Shown here in pieces: positions 52,891 to 64,000 of a DNA stretch of 64,000 nucleotides; position 1 is the stretch's first letter; every line of letters starts with the position of its first letter. The DNA lies in NCBI GenBank assembly GCA_964016885.1, contig CAXHJY010000264.1, positions 599,932 through 663,931 of the forward strand. The letters are read 5' to 3'. The position numbers and the translations under genes were made by a program. This DNA is from Eledone cirrhosa. Taxonomy: Eukaryota. The notes beneath the pieces were generated by a model. The model was not told where the DNA came from. It saw nothing but the letters and a program-made list of their open reading frames with translations, and made no database searches.

Positions 52891-55800
52891 CATCATCATC
52901 ATCATCATCAACGTTTAACGTCCGTGTTCCACGCTTGCATGGGTTTGGACGGGGGTAGTCCCACTTGAGGTAAGAGTGATTGTCTTGCTCGCATAGGACT
53001 GTCTGGCAGGTTTTCTACAGTTGGATGCCCTTCCTAACACCAACCACATTTACAGTGTGGGTCTGGGAGGTTTTTACCGTGTTGCCTACACGGCCACATT
53101 ACAGCGTGGACTGTGTGTTTTTTTGTCGTGACACCTACACGATCTCATTTGTTTCGGCCTGGATGGCGCGGCACCAACATAACTTTACATAGAACGGGGT
53201 GGTGTGGATGGTGTGGGGGTGGTGGCGGGACGGGGTGTAGTTTGTTAGAGATGCCTACTGGCAAGGCGGGTCTTCTCTGTTACTGAGTACCGCCAAAGGT
53301 CACGGTCCAGTGACATTGTCTTGGAGAGGTGTAAGTGTGTGAGGTCGGAGTTTATCAGCTCATCCCATGTTTTTCTAGGTCTGCCTATTCCGTGGCTACC
53401 GTCTATCTTTATTGCCCTGCACTTTGTAATACAGCTATCGACTTTCATGCGCATCACGTGTCCATACCAACGCAGCCTTCTCTCGAGTAAACAACATCTG
53501 ATCCCTCTTATCTCTAATTTTTTCCTTAGTTCGTTTATGCTTTGCCGTTCACGTATATTACTGTTACACATCCAGCGGAGCATGCAAGCTTCGTTCCTCT
53601 CTAGTCTGCGTATATCCTCTGCACACAATGCCCAGGTCTCACTACCATGCAACATTGCTGTTCGTATGCAGGCATCGTACAACCTGCCTTTCATTTTTAG
53701 GGAGAACCCTTTAGCAGCTAATAGTGGTATAAGCTCTCTGAACTTTTTCCAACCAGTTCTGACTCTAGCTACAGTACTTTCAGAGCACCCTCCCCCACTG
53801 CTGATTTTATCGCCCAGGTAACGGAAGCTGTCCACTATTTCTATAGAACCCTCTGCGCAATTGAAAGAGCTAGTATTTTGTGGGCACTTGCTGCTACTTA
53901 TTGCACCAGAACACCGGCCACATGTAAAGTCTATGTTCTTAGTTAGCTTACCTGTGATCCCACTACATCTTTTATGCACCCATACTTTGCATTTAGGACA
54001 TAAAATGGAGTTTCTACCTACGCCTTTCCTACATACCGAGCACGACCATTTCCCAGAAGGGACCGCCGCCTTGTTTTCTTTCCTACAAACTAGAACTTTG
54101 GTCTTAGCCAGGTTAATTTTAAGTCCTTTTGACTCTAGGCCGTGCTTCCATGTTTGGAATTTCTTCTCTAGCTCGGCCATTGATTCCGCTATGAGTGTCA
54201 GGTCGTCTGCGTATAGGAGTTCCCATGGGCAGCCTGTCTTGAACTCCTCTGTTATAGCCTGAAGGGCAATAATAAATAGTAGGGGGCTGAGAACAGAGCC
54301 CTGATGGACGCCAACTTTTACGCTAAACTCTTCACTATATTCGTTGTTAATTCTAACCTTGCTGACTGTTTCTTTATACATGGCTTGTATAGCCCTCACA
54401 AGCCATTCGTCAACGCCTAGTTTTCTAAGAGCCCACCAGATAATGGAGCGGGGGACTCTGTCGAAGGCTTTCTCCAGGTCGACAAAAGCTAAGTAGAGGG
54501 GTTTACCTTTAGCTAGGTACTTCTCCTGTAGTTGTCGTACTATGAAAAGAGCGTCTGTGGTGCTTTTGCCTGACACAAACCCGAACTGCATTTCATCTAG
54601 ATCAATTCTCTCTCTGATTAGTTGCGCTATTACTTTTTCCGTGACCTTCATGACCTGGTCGATTAATTTAATGCCTCTATAGTTACTCCTATCTAGGGCG
54701 TCTCCTTTACCCTTATAACAGTTAACGATGATGCTGCTATGCCAATCCTTCGGAACAACCCCATTCTGTACGACTTGGTTAACTATGCAGGTGACCATGG
54801 TGTGTCCCACCGTGCCAGATGCCTTCAGCATCTCAGCAACTATTTCCGAAGGCCCAGCCGCCTTACCAGTCTTCATATCCTTGATTGCCTTACTTATTAT
54901 ACTCCCCTCGACTAACACTGCTGGTCCCTCTATCGGGTCGATATGGGGGAGACTGTCTTTCTCCCATTTATTCTCCTCATTTAGTAGCCTTTCATAGTGA
55001 CACTTCCAAGCTACCTTCTTATCAGTGTCGGTGATGGCAAGTATGCCATCATCGTTAAGTACACACTTCTCCCCGACAATATCACGGTTTTCCTTGACGC
55101 ATTGCCTGGCAATCCTGAACACCTCACGTTTTTGGTCATCGCGTTGTAGAACATGCTTGAACTTTCTTTCCTCAGCTTCCCTTCTTGCTAAGTACACTTT
55201 TCTCCTAGCTTCCCTCCTGGCTACTTGATAGTCTACTCTACTTCCCCCATCCCGCCATACTTTCCAAGCCTGCTTTTTGGCCTTAATTGACCCCTCCACC
55301 CTATTGTTCCACCACCATGTTACTCTCCTCCTGCCTACAGGCCTGCTCCAGCCACAGACTTCGTCTGTCGCCAACAGCAGGTTTGCTTTCAGAAATTTCC
55401 ACTGTCCCTCTATATTGTCCGATTCTAGATGCTCTTCCTTACTGTCGAAAGCATCAAGTAATATGCTTTGAAATTTATTTCTGGCTGTGGGGTCCTTTAG
55501 TTTCCATATTTTCCTCCTGAGGATAGTCCTCTTCTGCTGTCGGGTACGTCTCGTCCTGACTATGAGGTCGCTAATTATCAGTCTATGTTGGGAGGTGCAT
55601 TCTTCATGGGGGAGGGATTTAGTGTTTACAACAGACACTCTGTCACGTCTTCTGGTAAGGATATAATCTACCTGGCTTGTGTGTTCCCCGGATCTATAGG
55701 TAATCAGGTGATTGTCACGTTTTTTGAAGTTAGTGTTACAGATAGTTAGGTTATTTGCATCACAGTATTCCAGAATTCTGGAGCCTTCCTCATTTCTAGT

Positions 55801-57014
55801 ACCAAACCCATAGCCTCCATGGATTTCGTCGTAGCCGTCACAATGTTGTCCAACGTGACCATTTAGGTCGCCTGCAATAATTATATAGTCACTGTCAGAT
55901 ATTTGGGAGGTAGTTAGCAACAGTGTCTCATAGAATCTGTCTTTTATAGTGCCGGGCAGTCCGGATTGGGGTGCGTACGCAGATATTACTGTCACCGTAG
56001 TTCTATTGAGGACAAGTCTTATTTTAATTATTCTGTCGTTCACTCTATTTACGTCTATTATCTTATCTGCCCACTTTTCTGCTACCATGATTCCTACTCC
56101 ACCCAGCCCATCGTCGTTTCCCACCCAGAAAAGCTTATAACATCGTTTTTTACCCTCAATGAATCTAGCAGACCCACCCCTCCACCTGGTCTCTTGAATA
56201 CAACAAACATCGACCTCCTTACGTTCAAGCATTTCTACAACCTCGTTAGCGCGACCCTTTAGGGTGCCTACATTTATGGTACCAACTCTGAAGTTTTGGG
56301 TTGCGTTTGGAGGGTGGGGGTGGTGGGGGGCGGGAGGAGATAGGGTTATGTTAGCCATCCGCGGACGAAACAAAGAGGAGTGCTCGCATTCTCGTCCACG
56401 AGGTGAATTTGACTTTAACTTTGGCATTTTCGCTCTGGGCGTCCAGATTTTTCTCTCCCTTCCACTCTCCAGGATTCCGCAGTCCATCCGTCCATCCATC
56501 CATCCATCATATATCGAAGGCAACCGGGCAAGCGATAGTATAGGCCTCTGGCTTATGATTTGGCCCGCGTAATAATAATAATGGTGATGCGTGGGGGTGG
56601 GGGTGGGGGGCTCTGGCTTATAATAATGGTGGTGATGCGGGGGGGGGAGAGGGGGCTCTGGCTTATGATTGGTCCACGTATTAAGTATGGTGGCGTGTGG
56701 GGGCGGGAGGGAGGGGTGTGGGGTAGCTAGCTGGAAGGTTATGAATGTTTAACAAGCGATTTAACAAAAAGCAAAACTGCAAGATTTGTTCTGTTCAATA
56801 CGACAAAAACACCGTATTTAAACCTTAAATAGATAACAAAAAAATACAGATTTCGGATTTTGCGAGATTGGATGTTTGTTTGGACTATGTACGAAATTGA
56901 GCGTGGAAATGGAGAGAAGAATTTGTACTTTACGATTTACATGAGTCCATCATAGAAATAATTGAAGCAGCGGTGGATTGGCGAAAGTGAATAAACATGA
57001 AGGAGAACTTATCT

Positions 57015-57049
<35 letters not shown>

Positions 57050-57574
57050 AGCTAAGAGAGAGATAGAGGGGAAGAAAGAGAGGGGGGGGAAGGGGGAGAG
57101 ATATTGTGGCTGACCGCAGCCCCTCGTGGAGTAGCAAGGAGGGTGAAGGGGTGGATCGGATTTTTGACTTTCAAGTAGCATACTATATATATTTAAAGTA
57201 ATTTATAAGTAGAATGGGAAGGATTTTGTTTTTTTGTTTGAGAATACGATAAAATTAAGGAATTGGACGAATACGATAGAATTAAGATAGCTGGAAGGTT
57301 ATGAATGTTTAACAAGCGATTTAACAAAAAGCAAAACTGCAAGATTTGTTCTGTTCAATACGACAAAAACACCGTATTTAAACCTTAAATAGATAACAAA
57401 AAAATACAGATTTCGGATTTTGCGAGATTGGATGTTTGTTTGGACTATGTACGAAATTGAGCGTGGAAATGGAGAGAAGAATTTGTACTTTACGATTTAC
57501 ATGAATCCATCATAGAAATAATTGAAGCAGCGGTGGATTGGCGAAAGTGAATAAACATGAAGGAGAACTTATCT

Positions 57575-57609
<35 letters not shown>

Positions 57610-57797
57610 AGCTAAGAGAGAGATAGAGGGGAAGAAAGAGAGGGGGGGGAAGAGGGAGAGAGATATTGTGGCTGACCGCAGCCCCTCGTGGAGTAGCAAG
57701 GAGGGTGAAGGGGTGGATCGGATTTTTGACTTTCAAGTAGCATACTATATATATTTAAAGTAATTTATAAGTAGAATGGGAAGGATTTTGTTTTTTT
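52891..57797 (-). mobile_element. Full-length RTE-clade LINE (family A) with 560-bp tandem 5' UTR monomers and (GAT)n tail
   Basis: Single long ORF and 3' UTR; 56729-57235 is repeated at 57289-57797. Confidence 0.95.
53245..56523 (-). CDS. RTE ORF: APE endonuclease plus RT with an embedded C4HC3 finger
   Basis: [69 protein letters not shown]. The true start is probably the downstream MPKLKSN. Confidence 0.96.
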   Translation of the reverse strand: MPSIYDGWMDGRMDCGILESGRERKIWTPRAKMPKLKSNSPRGRECEHSSLFRPRMANITLSPPAPHHPHPPNATQNFRVGTINVGTLKGRANEVVEMLERKEVDVCCIQETRWRGGSARFIEGKKRCYKLFWVGNDDGLGGVGIMVAEKWADKIIDVNRVNDRIIKIRLVLNRTTVTVISAYAPQSGLPGTIKDRFYETLLLTTSQISDSDYIIIAGDLNGHVGQHCDGYDEIHGGYGFGTRNEEGSRILEYCDANNLTICNTNFKKRDNHLITYRSGEHTSQVDYILTRRRDRVSVVNTKSLPHEECTSQHRLIISDLIVRTRRTRQQKRTILRRKIWKLKDPTARNKFQSILLDAFDSKEEHLESDNIEGQWKFLKANLLLATDEVCGWSRPVGRRRVTWWWNNRVEGSIKAKKQAWKVWRDGGSRVDYQVARREARRKVYLARREAEERKFKHVLQRDDQKREVFRIARQCVKENRDIVGEKCVLNDDGILAITDTDKKVAWKCHYERLLNEENKWEKDSLPHIDPIEGPAVLVEGSIISKAIKDMKTGKAAGPSEIVAEMLKASGTVGHTMVTCIVNQVVQNGVVPKDWHSSIIVNCYKGKGDALDRSNYRGIKLIDQVMKVTEKVIAQLIRERIDLDEMQFGFVSGKSTTDALFIVRQLQEKYLAKGKPLYLAFVDLEKAFDRVPRSIIWWALRKLGVDEWLVRAIQAMYKETVSKVRINNEYSEEFSVKVGVHQGSVLSPLLFIIALQAITEEFKTGCPWELLYADDLTLIAESMAELEKKFQTWKHGLESKGLKINLAKTKVLVCRKENKAAVPSGKWSCSVCRKGVGRNSILCPKCKVWVHKRCSGITGKLTKNIDFTCGRCSGAISSSKCPQNTSSFNCAEGSIEIVDSFRYLGDKISSGGGCSESTVARVRTGWKKFRELIPLLAAKGFSLKMKGRLYDACIRTAMLHGSETWALCAEDIRRLERNEACMLRWMCNSNIRERQSINELRKKLEIRGIRCCLLERRLRWYGHVMRMKVDSCITKCRAIKIDGSHGIGRPRKTWDELINSDLTHLHLSKTMSLDRDLWRYSVTEKTRLASRHL

Positions 57798-57905
57798 TAT
57801 ATATATATATATACATATATATACATATATATACATATATATATACATATATATATTATATACATATATATATACATATATATATATATATACATATATA
57901 TATAC

Positions 57906-57968
<63 letters not shown>

Positions 57969-57969
57969 C

Positions 57970-58000
<31 letters not shown>

Positions 58001-58001
58001 C

Positions 58002-58046
<45 letters not shown>

Positions 58047-58159
58047 CATATATATATATATACATATATATATACATATATATATATACATATATATATA
58101 TACATATATATATACATATATATATATACATATATATATATACATATATATATATATAC

Positions 58160-58222
<63 letters not shown>

Positions 58223-58263
58223 CATATATATATACATATATATATATATACATATATATATAC

Positions 58264-58316
<53 letters not shown>

Positions 58317-58323
58317 TATATAC

Positions 58324-58372
<49 letters not shown>

Positions 58373-58385
58373 CATATATATATAC

Positions 58386-58416
<31 letters not shown>

Positions 58417-58489
58417 CATATATATATACATATATATATATATATACATATATATATACATATATATATATATATACATATATATATAC

Positions 58490-58520
<31 letters not shown>

Positions 58521-58615
58521 CATATATATATACATACATATATATATATACATATATATATACATATATATATATATATACATACATATATACATACATA
58601 TATATATATATATAC

Positions 58616-58646
<31 letters not shown>

Positions 58647-58647
58647 C

Positions 58648-58692
<45 letters not shown>

Positions 58693-58705
58693 CATATATA
58701 TATAC

Positions 58706-58778
<73 letters not shown>

Positions 58779-58931
58779 CATATATATACATATATATACA
58801 TATATATATACATATATATATATACATATATATATACATATATATATACATACATATATACATATATATATATACATATATATATACATATATATATACA
58901 TACATATATATATACATATATATATACATAC

Positions 58932-58996
<65 letters not shown>

Positions 58997-59033
58997 CATA
59001 TATATATACATATATATATACATATATATATAC

Positions 59034-59068
<35 letters not shown>

Positions 59069-59111
59069 CATATATATATACATATATATATACATATATA
59101 TTTCTATATAC

Positions 59112-59142
<31 letters not shown>

Positions 59143-59155
59143 CATATATATATAC

Positions 59156-59204
<49 letters not shown>

Positions 59205-59217
59205 CATATATATATAC

Positions 59218-59248
<31 letters not shown>

Positions 59249-59347
59249 CATATATATATATATACATATATATATACATATATATATATACATATATATA
59301 TATATAATATATATATATGCATATATAAATATATATACATATATATA
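57798..59347. repeat. 1.5-kb (TA)n array
   Basis: Directly visible. Confidence 0.98.
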
Positions 59348-61817
59348 TGCTCCGCTGGATGAGTAATAGTAATATACGTGAACGACAAAGCATAAACGAA
59401 CTAAGGAAAAATTAGAAATAAGAGGGATCAGATGTTGTTTACTAGAGAGAAGGCTACGTTGGTATGGTCACATGATGCGCATGAAGGACGATAGCTGTAT
59501 AACAAAGTGCAGGGCAATAAAGATAGACGGTAGCCACGGAATAGGCAGACCTAGAAAAACTTGGGACGACTTGATAAATTCCAACCTCACACACTTACAC
59601 CTCTCCAAGACAATGTCACTGGACCAAGACCTTTGGCGGTACTCAGTAATAGAGAGGGACCAGCAGTGTTAGTCGAGGGTAGTAAAATAAGTAAGGCAAT
59701 CAAAGATATGAAGACAGGCAAGGCGGCTGGGCCTTCGGAAATAGTTGCCGAGATGCTGAAGGCATCTGGTACGGTGGGACACACCATGGTCACTCGGATA
59801 GTCAACCAAGTCATACAGAATGGGGTTGTTCCGAAGGACTGGCGTAGCAGCATTATCGTTAACTGTTATAAGGGTAAAGGAGATGCCCTAGATAGGAGTA
59901 ACTATAGAGGCATTAAATTAATCGACCAGGTCATGAAGGTCACGGAAAAAGTAATAGGGCAACTAATCAGAGAGCGAATTGATCTAGATGAAATGCAGTT
60001 CGGGTTTGTGTCAGGAAAAAGTACCACAGACACTCTTTTCATTGTACGACAACTACAGGAGAAGTACCTAGCTAAAAGTAAACCCCTATACTTAGCTTTC
60101 GTCGACTTGGAGAAGGCCTTCGACAGAGTCCCCCGTTCCATTATCTGGTGGGCTCTTAGAAAACTAGGTGTCGATGAATGGCTTGTGAGAGCTATACAAG
60201 CCATGTATAAAGAAACAGTCAGCAAGGTTAGAATTAACAACGAATATAGTGAAGAGTTTAGTGTAAAAGTTGGTGTTCATCAGGGCTCTGTTCTTAGCCC
60301 CCTACTATTTATTATTGCCCTCCAGGCTATAACAGTGGAGTTCAAGACCGGCTGCCCATGGGAACTCCTATACGCAGATGATCTAACGCTCATAGCTGAA
60401 TCAATGGCCGAGCTAGAGAAGAAATTCCAAACATGGAAGCACGGGCTAGAATCAAAAGGCCTTAAAATTAACCTGGCTAAGACTAAAGTTCTAGTTTGTA
60501 GGAAAGAAAATAAGGCGGCGGTCCCCTCCGGGAAGTGGCCATGCGCAGAGTGTAGGAAAGGCGTAGGTAGAAATTCCATTTTGTGACCCAAATGCAAAGT
60601 TTGGGTTCATAAAAGATGTAGTGGGATCACAGGTAATCTAACTAAGAACATAGATTTTACATGTGGCCGGTGTTCTGGGGCAATAAGTAGCAGCAAGTGC
60701 CCACAAAATACTAGCTCTTTTAACTGCGCAGAGGGTTCTACAGAAATAGTGGACAGCTTCCGTTACCTGGGTGACAAAATCAGCAGTGGGGGAGGGTGCT
60801 CTGAAAGTACAGTAGCTAGAGTCAGAACTGGGTGGAAAAAGTTCAGAGAGCTTATACCACTATTAGCCGCTAAAGGGTTCTCCCTAAAAATGAAAGGCAG
60901 GCTGTACGATGCCTGCATACGAACAGCAATGTTGCATGGCAGTGAGACCTGGGCATTGTGTGCAGAGGATATACGCAGACTAGAGAGAAACGAAGCTTGC
61001 ATGCTCCGCTGGATGTGTAATAGTAATATACGTGAACGACAAAGCATAAACGAACTAAGGAAAAAATTAGAAGTAAGAGGGATCAGTTGTTTACTAGAGA
61101 GAAGGCTACGTTGGTATGGTCACGTGATGCGCATGAAGGACGATAGCTGTATAACAAAGTGCAGGGCAATAAAGATAGACGGTAGCCACGGAATAGGCAG
61201 ACCCAGAAAAACCTGGGACGAGCTGATAAACTCCGACCTCACACACTTACACCTCACCAAGACAATGTCACTGGACCGAGACCTTTGGCGGTACTCAGTA
61301 ATAGTGAAGACCCGCCTTACCTAAATACAAAGTAAAACCTACTAGAGTCAGTAGGCATCTCTAACAAAATACACCCTCGTCTCACCACCCCATCCACACC
61401 GCCCCCTTCTATGTAAAGTTATGTTGGTGCCACACCATCCAGGCCGAAACAAATGAGATCGTGTAGGTGTCACGACAAAAAAACACACAGTCCACGCTGT
61501 AATGTGGCCGTGTAGGCATCACGGTAAAAACCTCCCAGACCCATACTGTAAATGTGGTTGGTGTTAGGAAGGGCATCCAGCTGTAGAAAACCCGCCAGAG
61601 AGTCCACGCTGTAATGTGGCCGTGTAGGCAACACGGTAAAAACCTCCCAGCCCCACACTGTAAATGTGGTTGGTGTTAGGAAGGGCATCCAACTGTAGAA
61701 AACCTGCCAGACAGTCCTATGCGAGCAAGACAATCACTCTTGCCTCAAGTGGGAAAACCCCCGTCCAAACCCATGCAAGCGTGGAACACGGACGTTAAAC
61801 GTTGATGATGATGATGA
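59347..61817 (+). mobile_element. RTE family A chimeric copy: C-terminal piece fused to an RT-to-tail piece, with a nonsense mutation
   Basis: Junction near 59650; TGT>TGA at 60584-86; 112-bp duplication in the 3' UTR. Confidence 0.93.
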
Positions 61818-62121
61818 TACATATATACATATACATATATATATATGTACATATATATATACATATATATATATACATATATATATATATACATAGATAT
61901 ATATACATATATATATATATACATACATATATATACATATATATATATACGTATATATATATACATATATATATATATACATATACATATATATACATAT
62001 ACATATATATACATATACATATATATACATATACATATATATACATATACATATATATACATATACATATATATACATATATATACATATATACACATAT
62101 ACATATATATATATATATACA

Positions 62122-62781
62122 TAAAAAATTAGAGTTAAGAGGGATCAGATGTTGTTTACTCGAGAGAAGGCTACGTTGGTATGATGGACACGTGATGCGC
62201 ATGAAAGTCGATAGCTGTATAACAAAGTGCAGGGCAATAAAGATAGACGGTAGTCACGGAATAGGCAGACCTAGAAAAACCTGGGACGAGCTGATAAACT
62301 CCGACATCACACACTTACACCTCTCCAAGACAATGTCACTGGACCGAGACCTTTGGCGGTACTCAGTAACAGAGAAGACCCGCCTTACCTAAAATATATA
62401 GTAAAACCTACTCCAGCCAGTAGGCATCTCTAACAAAATACACCCCGTCCCACCCCCACCCCATCCACACCACCCCGTTCTATGTAAAGTAATGTTGGTG
62501 CCGCGCCATCCAGGCCGAAACAAATGAGATCGTGTAGGTGTCACGACAAAAAAACACACAGTCCACGCTGTAATGTGGCCGTGTAGGCAACACGGTAAAA
62601 ACCTCCCAGCCCCACACTGTAAATGTGGTTGGTGTTAGGAAGGGCATCCAACTGTAGAAAACCTGCCAGACAGTCCTATGCGAGCAAGACAATCACTCTT
62701 GCCTCAAGTGGGACTACCCCCCGTCCAAACCCATGCAAGCGTGGAACACGGACGTTAAATGATGATGATGATGATGATGAT
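62122..62781 (+). mobile_element. RTE family A 3' fragment
   Basis: [11 protein letters not shown]...KTRLT*, 3' UTR and (GAT)n tail. Confidence 0.95.
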
Positions 62782-62789
62782 ATATATAC

Positions 62790-62822
<33 letters not shown>

Positions 62823-62867
62823 CATATATACATACATATATATATACATATATACATATATATATAC

Positions 62868-62898
<31 letters not shown>

Positions 62899-62909
62899 CA
62901 TATATATAC

Positions 62910-62966
<57 letters not shown>

Positions 62967-62967
62967 C

Positions 62968-62998
<31 letters not shown>

Positions 62999-63030
62999 CA
63001 TATATATACATATATATATATATACATATA

Positions 63031-63080
63031 CATCATCATCATCAACGTTTAACGTCCGTGTTCCACGCTTGCATGGGTTT
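63031..63080 (-). mobile_element. RTE family A terminal 50 bp
   Basis: (CAT)n-caacgtttaacgtccgtgttccacgcttgcatgggttt. Confidence 0.9.
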
Positions 63081-63129
63081 ATATATATACATATATACAT
63101 ATATATTATATATATATATACATATATAC

Positions 63130-63198
<69 letters not shown>

Positions 63199-63219
63199 CA
63201 TATATACATATATATATAC

Positions 63220-63306
<87 letters not shown>

Positions 63307-63325
63307 CATATATATATATATACAT

Positions 63326-63712
63326 ACCTAAATATATAGTAAAACCTACTCCAGCCAGTAGGCATCTCTAACAAAATACACCCCGTCCCCACCACCCCCC
63401 ACCCCATTCTATGTAAAGTTATGTTGGTGCCGCGCCATCCAGGCCGAAACAAATGAGATCGTGTAGGTGTCACGACAAAAAAAACACACAGTCCACGCTG
63501 TAATGTGGCCGTGTAGGCAACACGGTAAAAACCTCCCAGACCCACACTGTAAATGTGGTTGGTGTTAGGAAGGGCATCCAACTGTAGAAAACCTGCCAGA
63601 CAGTCCTATGCGAGCAAGACAATCACTCTTGCCTCAAGTGGGACTACCCCCGTCCAAACCCATGCAAGCGTGGAACACGGACGTTAAAAGTTGATGATGA
63701 TGATGATGATGA
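63326..63712 (+). mobile_element. RTE family A 3' UTR copy
   Basis: Stop codon through (GAT)n tail. Confidence 0.95.

Positions 63713-64000
<288 letters not shown>

Overview
Eukaryotic, repeat-only window with no recognisable host gene. The SINE families and the (TA)n richness suggest an octopus or other coleoid cephalopod (inference). 1.8-12.2 kb is a 30-bp satellite. 12-17 kb holds nested old SINE and RTE fragments. From about 17 kb to the end, (TA)n/(TATATAC)n arrays are packed with nested retroelements. These include about a dozen pieces of one RTE-clade LINE family (one full-length open copy, 52.9-57.8 kb) and two CR1-like LINE families (one full-length two-ORF copy, 30.7-35.6 kb). There is also a non-autonomous Helitron and a set of short elements carrying minimal type I hammerhead ribozymes and inverted 3' duplications, resembling Penelope-like elements or retrozymes. 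Main points of interest: (1) six hammerhead motifs from five sequence families, plus two complementary deletion relics of another; (2) a C4HC3 PHD-like finger inside the RTE reverse transcriptase; (3) a CR1-like LINE whose ORF2 has no usable ATG and is reached by an HIV-type slippery site, with a Myb/SANT plus CCCH ORF1; (4) monomeric, fast-diverging RTE 5' UTRs; (5) a CORE-SINE sharing its tail with the RTE; (6) a satellite built from a DR2-like nuclear-receptor motif. All calls were made by eye; element boundaries are approximate.
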